A stretch of DNA of 64,000 nt from an uncultured delta proteobacterium (GCA_963771175.1 CAVYSY010000031.1:192001-256000); one strand, 5' to 3'. Positions 47,372 to 58,606 are shown, counted from the stretch's first letter. Notes: generated by a model not told the origin, from the sequence alone. Translations and numbers: made by a program.

Positions 47372-48238
47372 ATGCCAAGTCCCTTGATTGCTCCCCGCGA
47401 ACTGGTCACGACCGAGGCGCAGCGGAACCTCGTCCTCATCGACGCGCGTAGCGGCCCCGACGCGCGGGCGCGGTACGAGGAGAGGCACCTCGAAGGAGCG
47501 CTCCACGTCGACCTCGACCAGGATCTCGCGAGCAAGCCGGCCAATCCGGCGCAGGGGGGGCGGCACCCACTCCCCAGTCCCGAGGCGTTCGCGGCGGTGC
47601 TCGGGCGGCTCGGGATCGCGCCGACAACGAGAGTCGTCGTCTACGACGACAAGGGTGGCGCGAACGCGGCATCACGCTTCTGGTGGATGCTCAAGGCCAT
47701 CGGTCACGAGGACGTGCGGGTGCTCGACGGCGGGCTTGATGCCGCGCTCGCGGCCGGCGTCCCGGCCGGCACACACGGCCCGCGCCCATCGGAGCGCCCC
47801 GCGTATCGATTCGAGCACTGGCAGCGGCCGACGGCCAGCATGGACGAGGTCGCGAGCGCGTCGCGAGATCCCAGATGCCTTGTGATCGACGTGCGCGATC
47901 CCGTGCGCTACCGCGGGGAGAGCGAACCCATCGATCTGATACCAGGCCACCTGCCCGGCGCGATCAACGTGCCCTTCTCGAGCAACCTCGGCCCTGACGG
48001 GCACTTCCTGCCGTCCGAGGAACTCGCCAGGAAGTACCGGGCGGTGATTGGCGATCGCGAGACCTCGAACGTGATCGTGCATTGTGGGTCGGGAGTCACG
48101 GCGTGCCACACGCTCCTGGCCATGGAGCACGCGGGGCTCATCGGCCCGAAGCTCTACGTAGGCTCGTGGAGCGAGTGGTCGCGGAGCGGCCGCCCGATCG
48201 CGAAGGGCCCGTCGCCCGACAGTGGACGAACAGAATGA
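47372..48238 (+). CDS. Tandem-rhodanese sulfurtransferase (SseA/MST type)
   Basis: GRHPLP, VVVYDD, ASRFWW, LDGG, GHLPGA, HCGSGVTAC, YVGSWSEW. Confidence 0.92.
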   Translation: MPSPLIAPRELVTTEAQRNLVLIDARSGPDARARYEERHLEGALHVDLDQDLASKPANPAQGGRHPLPSPEAFAAVLGRLGIAPTTRVVVYDDKGGANAASRFWWMLKAIGHEDVRVLDGGLDAALAAGVPAGTHGPRPSERPAYRFEHWQRPTASMDEVASASRDPRCLVIDVRDPVRYRGESEPIDLIPGHLPGAINVPFSSNLGPDGHFLPSEELARKYRAVIGDRETSNVIVHCGSGVTACHTLLAMEHAGLIGPKLYVGSWSEWSRSGRPIAKGPSPDSGRTE

Positions 48239-48326
48239 AGAGGGGTCGCCCCGCCTCCATACTTTCTCAAGATTTCGTCCGTACGGTGGGCGTGCTGGGA
48301 GACACCATCCTCCCGAGGAGCCCACC

Positions 48327-49725
48327 ATGAGACCCCCTGTAGTGTCCCGTCCCCCATCCTCTCGTCACTGGCTGCCCGCGCTGCTGGGGATGCTCGCGCT
48401 CATGGCCTGTACGGAGAAGCCCCGCGAGCCCTCACCGCCCCTCGCGGACGTGTGCGCCGAGGCCAGCTCGGGGCGGGAGGTGACGTGGTACCGGGACGTG
48501 AAGCCCCTCATCGATACGAAGTGTGGCGGCTGTCACCAGACGGGAGGCATCGCCCCCTTCTCGCTGACGGAGGCCTCCCAGGTCCGAGGCATGAAGGACG
48601 CCATCCTCCGCGCGGTGTGTGCGCGCACCATGCCCCCCTGGTCGCCCCACCAGGCCTGCAACCAGTACAACAACGATCGCTCGCTGTCGGACGAGCAGAT
48701 CGCCCTCCTGCGCGACTGGGTCCGCGCCGGTGCTCCGATGGGCAATGAGAGCGACGCCGCTCCGGCGGCTCCCGAGCCAGGGCCAACTCTCCCGGGTGGA
48801 CCTCGAGTTGGCGATGAAGGAGCCGTACACGCCCCAGCTCCAGCCGGATGAGTACCGCTGCTTCCTGCTCGACTGGCCCGAGACCGAGGAGAAGTTCGTC
48901 ACGGGGCTCGGCATACGGCCGGGGCGCACGGAGCTCGTGCACCACGTCCTCGTCTCCGTCGTGCCGCCCGAGGCGGTGGACTTCTACACCCAGGCGGACG
49001 AGGCCGAACCGGGCCCGGGTTACGCGTGCCCCGGAGGCTCCTCCCTCCCCAATGCGCCCCAGGACAGCGGCGTGCTCTCCCTCATGGGCGGTTGGGTACC
49101 CGGCGGTGAGGGCACGGACCAGCCCGAAGGGACAGGCATCCGCGTCCGTCCGGGCTCCCGGCTGGTGATGCAACTGCACTACAACACCTCGGCCGCCCCG
49201 ACCGCGCCGGATGTCTCGAGCCTGCTGCTGAAGCTGGATGACGCGGTCGAGCACGAGGCCTTCATGTTCCCCTTCACGAATCCCAACTGGGTGCGGAAGC
49301 GGGAGATGGACATTCCCCAGGGCGAGGCGGACGTCTTCCACATCTTCTCCTATGACGCGCTCACCGCGGCCACGCGCGCGAGCAAGAAGAAGCTCCGCGA
49401 CGATGCCCCCATCAGCGTCTACGGAGCGGGGCTGCACATGCACAAGCGGGGAACGCGCACGGTGCTCACCGTCGAGAAGTCCGGCAAGGAGCAGGCGTGC
49501 CTGCTGGAGGTCCCCGAGTGGGACTTCCACTGGCAGGGCGTGTACCAGCTCCGGCAGCCGGTGCGCGTTTCACCCGGAGAGGACCTGCGCATCGAGTGCC
49601 ACTGGAACAACGCGGGCTTCACGCCCCACCACGGAGAGCCCGTCTCCGCCGTCTCCGGCCTGAACTGGGGCGAGGGCACGGACGACGAGATGTGCATCGC
49701 CTTCCTGTACGTCACGCAGGAGTGA
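48327..49725 (+). CDS. Lipoprotein: c-type cytochrome domain fused to a copper type II (PHM/DBM-like) monooxygenase (frameshift near 48790)
   Basis: Lipobox LMAC; CGGCH and TMPPW; DEYRCF, VHHVL, MQLHYN, LHMH, WDFHWQ, DEMC. Confidence 0.8.
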
Positions 49726-49802
49726 CGACGGACGACACGGCCTCCGCGCGGTCGTCATCGCCCGAGGACCGCGCGTTTGGTAGGGTGCCATCGGTTCTCC
49801 CG

Positions 49803-51137
49803 ATGACTGCAGCACCTGACCTGTTCTCCGCTTCCGTCGATATCAACCGCTTCGCGCCTCTCGCCGAGCGGATGCGCCCGCGCACGCCCGATGAGTTCAT
49901 CGGACAATCCCATCTGCTCGGCCCTGGCGCTCCCCTGCGCCAGCTCATCGAGCGCAAGGCGCTCGTCTCCTCTCTGTTCTGGGGGCCTCCGGGCGTTGGG
50001 AAGACCACGCTCGCGCGCATGCTGGCCGCGAGCGTCGACGCGGAGTTCGTCATCCTCTCGGCGGTCTCCGATGGCATCCCCCGCATCCGGGAGGTGGTGG
50101 CCGAGGCCGAACGCCTGCGCAACCAGTACCATCGGCGGACCGTCGTCTTCGTGGACGAGATCCATCGCTGGGCGAAGAACGTCCAGGAGCAGGCTCTGCC
50201 CCACGTCGAGAGCGGCCTCCTTCTCCTCCTCGGGGCGACGACCGAGAACGTCAGCTTCGAGGTGAGGCCCGCCCTCATCAGCCGGTGCCGCGTCTTCCAG
50301 CTCCGCGAGCTCACCCCCGAAGACATCCGCACCGCGCTCTCGCGTGCGCTCTCCGATGTGAAGCGCGGGCTCGGTGCTCGGCGTCTGACGGCGAGTGACG
50401 AGGCGCTCACCGTCCTGGCGGAGGGGAGCGGGGGCGACGTGCGCAAGGCGCTGGGAGCGCTGGAGCTCGCGGCCCAGCTCACCGCCGATGACACGGAGCT
50501 CTCACGGGAGACCGCCATCCAGGCGACGGGCACGCGCCTGGCGCGGCACGACAAGGACGGGGACCAGCACTATGACCTGTTGAGCGCCCTCCAGAAGTCG
50601 TGCAGGGGGTCCAACGCACAGGGGGCCATCTTCTGGGCGGCGCGGCTGCTCCAGGCGGGGGACGACGTGGCGCTGTGGCGCCGGCTCAAGGTGATTGCCG
50701 TGGAGGACGTGGGACTGGCAATGCCCGAGGCCATCAGCATCGTGCGCGCGTGCGAGGAGAGCTTCTATTCCGTGGGGATGCCGGAGGGGCGGATCTTCGT
50801 CGCCCAGGCGACCCTCCTCCTGGCCACGGCGAAGAAGAGCAACCGAGCCTATCTGGCGATGGATGCCGCGCTGGCCGCCGTGGAGGCGAACCCCAATGCG
50901 GCCCCACCGCTCCACCTCCGCAACGCCCCCACCGAGCTCCTGAAGGAGCTGGGGTACAAGCAGGGCTATCAGGCGCCGTGGAGCTCCAAGGACCACTACG
51001 CGCCCGGGCAGACGTACCTTCCCGAGCCGCTGGAGCGCTCCATCTTCTACCGGCCGAGCAAGGAGGGCCACGAGGCGGAGCTCCACGAGCGGATGAGCCA
51101 CTGGTGGCGCGAGGACAAGGCGTCCCGGGGGGAGTGA
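49803..51137 (+). CDS. rarA: Replication-associated recombination protein A (RarA/MgsA)
   Basis: PLAERMRP, WGPPGVGKTT, VDEIHR, GATTEN, HYDLLSALQKS, EDVG, PLHLRNAPT. Confidence 0.93.
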   Translation: MTAAPDLFSASVDINRFAPLAERMRPRTPDEFIGQSHLLGPGAPLRQLIERKALVSSLFWGPPGVGKTTLARMLAASVDAEFVILSAVSDGIPRIREVVAEAERLRNQYHRRTVVFVDEIHRWAKNVQEQALPHVESGLLLLLGATTENVSFEVRPALISRCRVFQLRELTPEDIRTALSRALSDVKRGLGARRLTASDEALTVLAEGSGGDVRKALGALELAAQLTADDTELSRETAIQATGTRLARHDKDGDQHYDLLSALQKSCRGSNAQGAIFWAARLLQAGDDVALWRRLKVIAVEDVGLAMPEAISIVRACEESFYSVGMPEGRIFVAQATLLLATAKKSNRAYLAMDAALAAVEANPNAAPPLHLRNAPTELLKELGYKQGYQAPWSSKDHYAPGQTYLPEPLERSIFYRPSKEGHEAELHERMSHWWREDKASRGE

Positions 51138-51216
51138 CTCCGCGGTGCCTCCTGAGCCAGCGGCCTTGCTGTCCCTCGCGGTCGCCCCCAGCTTTGGGGC
51201 AGGAGGGCATCCAACC

Positions 51217-51918
51217 ATGGTGCAACACAAGCGCGAAGTGGGCATTGCCGCCGGGGGGCGACTGCTGGAGGGAACCCTTACCGTGCCCGAGCAGATGAAG
51301 GGACTGGTGCTCTTCGCCCATGGGAGCGGGAGCAGCCGCTTCAGCCCCCGGAACAACGCGGTGGCGAGCGTCCTCAACGACGCGGGCCTGGCCACGTTGC
51401 TGTTCGATTTACTGACGGCCGAGGAGGAGATGGCCGAGCGCTTCACCCGTCACCTGCGCTTCGACATCGACCTGCTCGCCAACCGGTTGGGGGCGGCCAT
51501 CGGCTGGGTGGGGCGAGACCCCGAGGTGAACACCCAGCCGGTGGGGCTCTTCGGCTCGAGCACGGGCGCGGCGGCGGCCCTCGTGGCGGCGGCGAAGTTC
51601 CCCGGGGACATCTTCGCTGTCGTCTCCCGCGGGGGCCGGCCCGACCTGGCGGAGGATGCCCTGCCCCTGGTGCGCGCGCCCACCCTCCTCCTCGTGGGGG
51701 GAAACGACGAACCGGTCATCGAGCTGAACGAGGGGGCGCTCGCGCAACTGCGCTGCCAGAAGGAACTGCGCATCATCCCCGGCGCCACCCACCTCTTCGA
51801 GGAGCCCGGCACGCTGGACGAGGTGGCGCGTCTGGCCGCCGACTGGTTCTCCGAGCACCTCGGCCGGGTGCGCCGCGAGGTGTCGGGCTGGGCGGATGAG
51901 CAGGGGCGCTGGGTGTAG
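51217..51918 (+). CDS. Dienelactone hydrolase-like alpha/beta hydrolase
   Basis: LFAHGSGSSRFSPRN, FGSSTG, SRGGRPDL, VGGND, PGATHLFEE; GGAGG SD. Confidence 0.88.
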   Translation: MVQHKREVGIAAGGRLLEGTLTVPEQMKGLVLFAHGSGSSRFSPRNNAVASVLNDAGLATLLFDLLTAEEEMAERFTRHLRFDIDLLANRLGAAIGWVGRDPEVNTQPVGLFGSSTGAAAALVAAAKFPGDIFAVVSRGGRPDLAEDALPLVRAPTLLLVGGNDEPVIELNEGALAQLRCQKELRIIPGATHLFEEPGTLDEVARLAADWFSEHLGRVRREVSGWADEQGRWV

Positions 51919-51933
51919 CGGGCCGGGGGAGGC

Positions 51934-54138
51934 TCAGCGCTCGGGGCCCCCGCGCGGGAGCTCCACCGTGAAGAGGGACCCCTCACCCAGACGACTGTCC
52001 ACGCTCACCCGCCCGCCATGGGCCTCGATAATCTCCCGGCTGATGTAGAGCCCCAGGCCCAGGCCGCCGTAGTGCCGGACGCTCACCGCGCGCTCGAAGC
52101 GCCCGAAGAGGCGAGGCAGATCCTCGGGACCGATGCCGATGCCCTTGTCGCGCACGGTGAGCCGGGCCCGCTCGGCGGTCGCCTCCACCTGGATGTGGAT
52201 GGGCTGGCCCTGTCCGTACTTGGCCGCGTTGGTGAGCAGGTTGACGACGACCTGCTCCAGCCGGAGCGCGTCCCAACGCCCCACCACCGGGCCCTCGGCC
52301 TGGAACGTCACGAGGCAGCCGGCCTGCTCGAATACCTCGAGCAGCCGCTCCAGGGACTCTTGCACGAGGTGGGTGAGGTCCACCTCGGACAGCTCCAGGA
52401 TGACGCGGCCGGTGGCGACGCGGCTCACGTCGAGCAGCATGTTGACCAGACTGGCGAGCCGGTCCACCTGGCGGCGGGCGGTCTCCATCTTGGGGCGGAC
52501 CTTCGACCGCGACTCCTCGCTCATGAGCCGCTCGATGAGGGAGAGCTGCAGCCGCAGCGAGGTGAGGGGCGTCTTCAGCTCGTGGCTGGCGATGGAGAGG
52601 AACTCGTCGCGCAGGCGGACGGCGTCCTGGGCCTCGCGGAACAGCCGCGCGTTGTCCACGCTGAGGGCCGCGCGGCGCGCCAGCTCCTCGGCCAGCCGCA
52701 GGTCCTCCTCGGAGTAGTGCCGTCCGCTCTCGGCCTGGGCCATCATGAGGGCGCCGAGCACCCGGCCGCGCACCAGCAGCGGCACGTAGATGACGGAGCG
52801 CAGGCCGATCGACCGCAGCAACGGCCGCAGCTCGGGCTCGCGCGCCGCGCCAATCAGGGCCTCCTCGGGCACGACTGACATCCACTCCGACTGGCCCGTG
52901 CGCAGCACCTTGCCCACGCCACCGGGAGCGGACAGGTCGATGGGCTGGCGACGCGACATCTCCCGCGCCAGCTCCACCCGGGACGGGTCCTGGTGCATCA
53001 CCGCGAGCAGCTCCACGCCCCCGCCCTCGGTGAGCATGTACACCGAGCACCAGTCCGCGAGCTCGGGCACCACCAGCCGCGTCAGGCTCTCCAGCGTGGT
53101 GGTGTAGTCGAGCGAGCCGACCAGCAGCGTGCTGGCCTCGGCGAGGAAGCGCAGCCTGCTGGCCAACACCTCCAGCTCCTGCCGGGCGCGCACGTGTTCC
53201 TTCACCTGGGACTCGGCCTCGGCGCGCGCCGCCTGCTCGCGATCGAAGAGACGGGCCCGGTCGAGCGCGAGCGCCCCCTGGTGTGCCAGCGCCATCATGA
53301 AGCCGCGGTCCGCCTCGTCGAAGGTGCGAGGCTGGGCGAAGGAGAGCAACAGCGCGCCCAGGACAATGTCCTTGGCGCGCATGGGCAGGCAGGTCAGGGC
53401 CTGGACGGGGGAGATCCGCACCTCCGCGACCAACTGGGGGTAGCGCGCCTCGAAGTCCGCGAGCGAGCACAGCCACTCGGGCTCACCGGAGTGGAAGCAC
53501 CGGGCGATGGGTACCTCCGCGCCGAGCGGCACGAACTCGTACCTGCGTACCAACTCGGAGGATAACCCCTCGCTGGTCACCAGTCGCACCATGTTCCCCT
53601 CTGGCTCCGGGATACCGATCGCGCCCCCCGTGGCCCCCACCGCCAGCATCGCGCCGCGCATGATGACGTCCACCACCTCCTCGGCGGAGGCCGCCTCGGA
53701 CAGCTTCGTCGTCACCGCCTGCAGCAGCGAGAGCCGGGCCGAGCTCTTCTCGAAGGCCTCCTCCGCCTGACGGCGCGCCGTCACATCCCGGAAGATGACC
53801 ACGAGGTTGTTCCCGCGAGGCACCATGCGCGCCTCGAGCCAGACACCGAGCTGGCGCAGGAAGGTCTCGACGGTGAAGGACACCCCCTCGGCCATGGCAC
53901 GGAGGTAGGCCTCGCCGAAGAGCGTGCCGCGCGCCTGGGGATACTCGTCCCACAACACCCGGCCGAGCAGCTCCTCGCGCCGACGCCCTATCACCCGGGC
54001 GGCCACGGCGTTGAGGTACGTCATGCGCCAGCTCGCGTCGAAGACCACCACCCCCTCGAGGAGTACGTCCAGGAGGACCTCGGGAGGCAACCCGTCCGCC
54101 GTGCTGGAGCCGTCTGGGGGAAAGCGGTCTTCGATCAT
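51934..54138 (-). CDS. Cytoplasmic PAS-GAF-GAF sensor histidine kinase
   Basis: PAS (YLNAVA...IFRDVT), two GAF domains, ASHELKTPL, NLLTNAAKY, DKGIG, GGLGLGL; GAGGA SD before ATG 54138. Confidence 0.9.
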   Translation of the reverse strand: MIEDRFPPDGSSTADGLPPEVLLDVLLEGVVVFDASWRMTYLNAVAARVIGRRREELLGRVLWDEYPQARGTLFGEAYLRAMAEGVSFTVETFLRQLGVWLEARMVPRGNNLVVIFRDVTARRQAEEAFEKSSARLSLLQAVTTKLSEAASAEEVVDVIMRGAMLAVGATGGAIGIPEPEGNMVRLVTSEGLSSELVRRYEFVPLGAEVPIARCFHSGEPEWLCSLADFEARYPQLVAEVRISPVQALTCLPMRAKDIVLGALLLSFAQPRTFDEADRGFMMALAHQGALALDRARLFDREQAARAEAESQVKEHVRARQELEVLASRLRFLAEASTLLVGSLDYTTTLESLTRLVVPELADWCSVYMLTEGGGVELLAVMHQDPSRVELAREMSRRQPIDLSAPGGVGKVLRTGQSEWMSVVPEEALIGAAREPELRPLLRSIGLRSVIYVPLLVRGRVLGALMMAQAESGRHYSEEDLRLAEELARRAALSVDNARLFREAQDAVRLRDEFLSIASHELKTPLTSLRLQLSLIERLMSEESRSKVRPKMETARRQVDRLASLVNMLLDVSRVATGRVILELSEVDLTHLVQESLERLLEVFEQAGCLVTFQAEGPVVGRWDALRLEQVVVNLLTNAAKYGQGQPIHIQVEATAERARLTVRDKGIGIGPEDLPRLFGRFERAVSVRHYGGLGLGLYISREIIEAHGGRVSVDSRLGEGSLFTVELPRGGPER

Positions 54139-54148
54139 GGCGGATTCC

Positions 54149-55141
54149 TCATGGCCGGCCGGCGATGAAGTCCTGGAGGTCCTCGGGAAGGGGCGAGTCG
54201 AAGGTGACGATCTCTCTAGTGCCCGGATGGGGGAAGGAGATGCGCGCGGCGTGGAGGGCGTGGCGAGGCAGGCGGAGCCGGAGCCAGGCCTCGGGCTCCA
54301 GGGAGTGCTTGCTGAAGCGGTCGAAGTAGCCGGGGTCCGGGCCGTACATCTTGTCGCCCACCAGGGGGAAGCCGGCCTCGCGCAGGTGGATGCGAATCTG
54401 ATGCTGGCGGCCCGTCTCCGGGTAGCAGCGCAGCAGGGCGAAGGGCTCGCCGCTGCGAGAGAAGCGCTGGAGCACCTGGAAGCGGGTGCGGCTCTCCTTG
54501 CCCTCCACGGGATCGATTCGCACGGCGATGCGGATGAGCTCGGTGCCCTCGGCGATGGGGGCGTCCACGACGAAGGTGTCCTCGGGCGGGTGGCCTTCGC
54601 AGACAGCGAGGTACTCCTTGTGGACGTCGCGGGAGACGAAGAGGCGGCCGAGGACACGGCAGGACTCGGTGGTGCGCCCGCAGACGACGAGGCCGCTCGT
54701 CTCGCGATCCAAGCGGTGGGCGGGCTCGGCGAAGGCCTCGCCGAAGCGCTCGCGCAGCAGGGTGACAAGCGTGCCCTTGTGGTAGCGGGCGGTGGGATGG
54801 ATGGGGAGCCCCGCGGGCTTGTCGAGCACGAGCAGCCAGTCGTCCTGGAAGAGGGCGGGCAGCTCGGTGGGCGTGTCCGGCTCCTGGCTGGCGGGGCGGC
54901 GGATACGGAAGGAGAGGCCCGGGTAGACGGGCGTGGAGGGCTTGAGGCGGCGCCCCTCGCAGAGGACACCGCGCTGGATGATGCCCTGGAGGCGCGCGAG
55001 CGGGAGCCGGCGAATCTTCTCGGAGAGGTAGCGGTCGAGCCGCCAGCCGGCATAGTTCGGCTCGACGACGAACGGAATGTCGACGTAGCCCTCGGGGGCC
55101 TCGCCGGAGACGGGGGCTGTGTCCTCGCTCGGGGTGCGCAT
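54149..55141 (-). CDS. RluA/RluD-family pseudouridine synthase
   Basis: S4-like RLDRYL, DKPAGL, HRLDRETSG, TGRQHQIRIH, GDKMY, LHA. Confidence 0.92.
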   Translation of the reverse strand: MRTPSEDTAPVSGEAPEGYVDIPFVVEPNYAGWRLDRYLSEKIRRLPLARLQGIIQRGVLCEGRRLKPSTPVYPGLSFRIRRPASQEPDTPTELPALFQDDWLLVLDKPAGLPIHPTARYHKGTLVTLLRERFGEAFAEPAHRLDRETSGLVVCGRTTESCRVLGRLFVSRDVHKEYLAVCEGHPPEDTFVVDAPIAEGTELIRIAVRIDPVEGKESRTRFQVLQRFSRSGEPFALLRCYPETGRQHQIRIHLREAGFPLVGDKMYGPDPGYFDRFSKHSLEPEAWLRLRLPRHALHAARISFPHPGTREIVTFDSPLPEDLQDFIAGRP

Positions 55142-55255
55142 GCGACCGTCCCGGCTTAACACAGTGCGACGCCCGCTTCCTCCCCGAGGTTCACTCCGGG
55201 CGAACCCCACGCGCCCCCCAGCCACGGGCGGGCCTGATAACCTCGCGGGCCCGCT

Positions 55256-56861
55256 ATGGAACCGACCGCCGTCTCCGACCCCCGTATCGGCACCATCCTG
55301 CAAGAGCGTTACCGGATCCTCCAGCGACTCGCCGCCGGGGGCATGGGCGTGGTGTACCGCGGTGAGCGACTGGAGCTCGGCCGTGCGGTGGCCATCAAGT
55401 TCCTCCACCCGTGGATGGCGGCGGACCCAAGCTTCCAGCGGCGGTTTCAGATCGAAGCGCAGGCGATGAGCCGGCTGTCGCACCCGTGCTGCGTCTCGGT
55501 CATCGACTTCGGCGTGGAGGGCAATGCGCCCTTCATGGTGATGGAGTTCGTCACGGGGCGGACGCTGCGCTCGGTGTTGCGCGAAGACGGGCCGCTCTCC
55601 GTGAAGCGGGCTCTGGGCATCGTGCGTCAGGTATTGGCGGGGCTGGCCCACGCACACGCCCAGGGCATCGTCCACCGGGACATCAAGCCGGACAACATCA
55701 TCCTGACGGAGGCCATCGGGCTGGGAGATCAGGTCCGCATCCTCGACTTCGGTCTCGCCCGGCTGCGAGACACGGTGACGGGTCTGACCATGGGCCTCGC
55801 CGTGGGCACGCCCGGCTACATGGCCCCGGAGCAGATCCGTGCCGGGGAGATCGACGCCCGAACGGACCTCTACTCCGTCGGCGTGCTCCTCTTCGAGCTG
55901 CTCACCGGAAGCAAACCCTTCAACGGCGAGCTGGCCACCGAGGTGATGCGCAAGCACAAGGAGGCCGCACCGCCGACCCTGGGCAGCGTCCGCTCCGGGG
56001 CGGACTTCTCCCCCGAGTTGGAGAGGCTCGTCGGCAAGGCGATGGCGAAGCAGCCGGAGCACCGCTTCCAATCGGCCACGGATTTCGCCGCCGCACTGGA
56101 TGCACTCCCGGAGCTGAGCGCTCCCGTCGAGCCGTCCGCTGCGGCCACCCTCCCCAACCACCCGGCGGAGCGCGACTTGCCGCCGCCGGCACCGGTGGCT
56201 GGCCCCGACGGTGCTCGACTCGCGGGAGCTGGTGCCGCGCCGGGACAAGCGGCCGATGCTGGCCGTGGGCGCCACGGGCATGATCCTGCTCGGTCTCGGC
56301 GCGGCGCTGCTCTGGCCGAAGGAACAAGCCGCGGAGCCCGCCACGAACGCGCCTCCTTCCGTCGCGAAGAGCTCCCCCGCGCCCAAGCCGCAGCCCCCTC
56401 GCGGCGAGAAGACGGAAGCCCTCGCCGAGGAGAAGACCGGCTCGCGGGAGGAGCTCCCCGACATCGAGCAGATCGAACGCTGGGCGAAGGAGGGAGAGCG
56501 TCGGAGGGAGCAGACGCTCCGCGCGCTCGCGAGACTTCGCACGCAGTATCCCAGGAACGCCTACGCCCCTTATCTGGAGGGGCACGTCAACTTCGACAAC
56601 CTCCGCTGGGAGGATGGCCTCGCCTCCTATGGCGCGGCCATTCGCAACGACCCCGCCTACCGCTCGGATGAGAAGCTCATCCGCAACGTCATCCGCTGCC
56701 TGGTGAGCGATCGCTCCCACAGGAAGTGCTCGGACTTCCTCGTGCGCGAAGTGGGAGCCCCCGCGGCCCCCTACCTCGAGGAGGCGGCGCGCACGGACCC
56801 ATACGCCAACGTCCAGAGCCGGGCGGCCAGACTCGTCCCGAAGGTGGCCGCACAGCGCTGA
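55256..56861 (+). CDS. Membrane-anchored Ser/Thr protein kinase (frameshift near 56200)
   Basis: [39 protein letters not shown] helix and helical C-terminal domain in ORF 56211-56861. Confidence 0.88.
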
Positions 56862-56864
56862 CGC

Positions 56865-57908
56865 TCAGACCTGCTGGCGGCCCACGGACCAGACGAAGCC
56901 GTCGTACCAGAAGTGCATGAGCGACACGACGATCGTCACCGCCCACAGGCTCTCCAGGTCCGGGTTCAGCAGCTCCGCACCCGACGCCGTAGGCGAGCAC
57001 CGAGCCCAGGAAGACGGCAGCCGCCCCAGGCGTGCTGGCGCGCCACCGTCCGAGCCGCAGCCGCTCCCGGATGCGCTCCCGCTCGGTCGCCCACACCAGG
57101 GCCAGGTACTGCACGGCGTGGAGCAGGTTCATGATGAAGAAGGCCTCGCCCCAGCTATTGAAGCCCCAGGTGTAGATGGAGCAGGCGCCCGTGGTGACGA
57201 GCAGGAAGACCTTCTGGAACGAGAGCCGGTGTCCCCGCCGCGTGCAGGCTGCCAGCTCGCGAGCAGGTAGAAGACGAGGAAGGCGGACCCGACGGTGCAG
57301 CACCCCGAGCGTCCACACGCGGTGGGTCGCCGACATGAAGGCCGGAACGGCGGTGAAGAACGGCATCCCCACGTCCGCGAAGCGCCTCGAAGCCGCGGAC
57401 GTGGTCCAGCAGCGTCGCGCCCGCGAGGATGGGCCCGGCGTAGAGGAGCTGGTTGAGCCAGAAGTCGAGGCGCCGGGCCGAGCAGCGGGCGGGTTGCCTC
57501 CGTTGCGGTCGTAGATGCGCGCGAAGCCGAACGTCTGCGCCCCGAGTGCCACACGTCCCAGAAGGTGGCGAGCACGGTGGCCGCGGCCGCTACCCAGCTC
57601 GACCCGCGGATGGCGACCCAGACCAGCACCGGCACCAGCAGGAAGCGCAGCGGATAGCGCCGGAAGATGGCCGGGTTGCCGTGGCTGCGGAAGAACACGG
57701 CCACGAGGTGCGCGTGGATGAGGGTACCGACGAGCAGCCCGGCCCCGGTCTTCTCGCGGCCCCAGAACGTGAGCGGCTCGCCGCTGAACGCGGTGCCGGA
57801 GATGGCCACCCCCAGCGCGAGCGCCAGGAGCGGCGGCAGCAGGAAGAAGGCCCAGTCGTAGGCCGGCCCCACGATGTACGGCGACGGCTTGTCCACGGAG
57901 GCAGGCAT
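56865..57908 (-). CDS. Polytopic membrane protein with His motifs (frameshifted)
   Basis: Stitched frames: YDWAFF, IHAHL, WDVWH...[21 protein letters not shown]. Confidence 0.6.
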
Positions 57909-57923
57909 GGCCCGGTCGCCGCG

Positions 57924-58606
57924 TCAGCGCTCGGGGGGTACGAGGGTAACGCGCACGCGCGCCCCCAGGTACTCCACCAGGGCGGAGAGGAAGAGGCTCG
58001 ACCCCCAGCAGCTCGAGGGACTCCTCGACGAGGTCGATGAGCGCGTAGACGAGGTTGTCGTTGCCATGCCGCTCCGTCCAGTAGCCGAGCGGCAGCTCCA
58101 TGCCGAGCGCGCCGCCCACGTAGAGCACGCCGGCGACGAGGAATTGCCGGCGGGGCCTCGCGGGCAGGTCCGCGAGGAAGGGCAGATAGGCCAGCGCGAG
58201 CACCGCGACGAGGGCCCCCGCCGGCACCACCCAACTGAAGTACAGCACGCCCTGGAGCTCCAGAGACTCGCCGAGGTGCTCGTGCAGGCCGACCGCCTCG
58301 TCCAGGGACATGTAGAGGAAGGCTACAGCGAGCCCCCACCAGTGGAGGCGGCGCGGAGCACCGGTGAGCGCCGCCTCTCGTGCGATGAGCGCGAGCGCCA
58401 GTGCGCAGCAGAGCAGGAGTCCCGAGGAGTACCAGGTGGGCAGGTTCTGCTCGTAGCTGAGCGACAGGAAGCCCGAGCACCGGCGTCAGCCCCCGAGGCC
58501 GCCACACGGCATACGCGAGCTCGACTGCCAGGCCCGCCCCGGCGAGGACCCCGAGGAGCAGGAGCAGGAGCTTGCGGAGCGTGGTGTGTGAAGGCAGGAG
58601 ACCCAT
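57924..58606 (-). CDS. Hypothetical membrane protein (frameshifted)
   Basis: Stitched frames: [42 protein letters not shown]. Confidence 0.6.

Noticed and set aside
51934..56542. 1039-aa kinase and 797-aa RluA fusion ORFs
   Set aside because: The N-terminal extensions are off-frame or antisense reads of neighbouring genes; the real starts are 54138 and 55141
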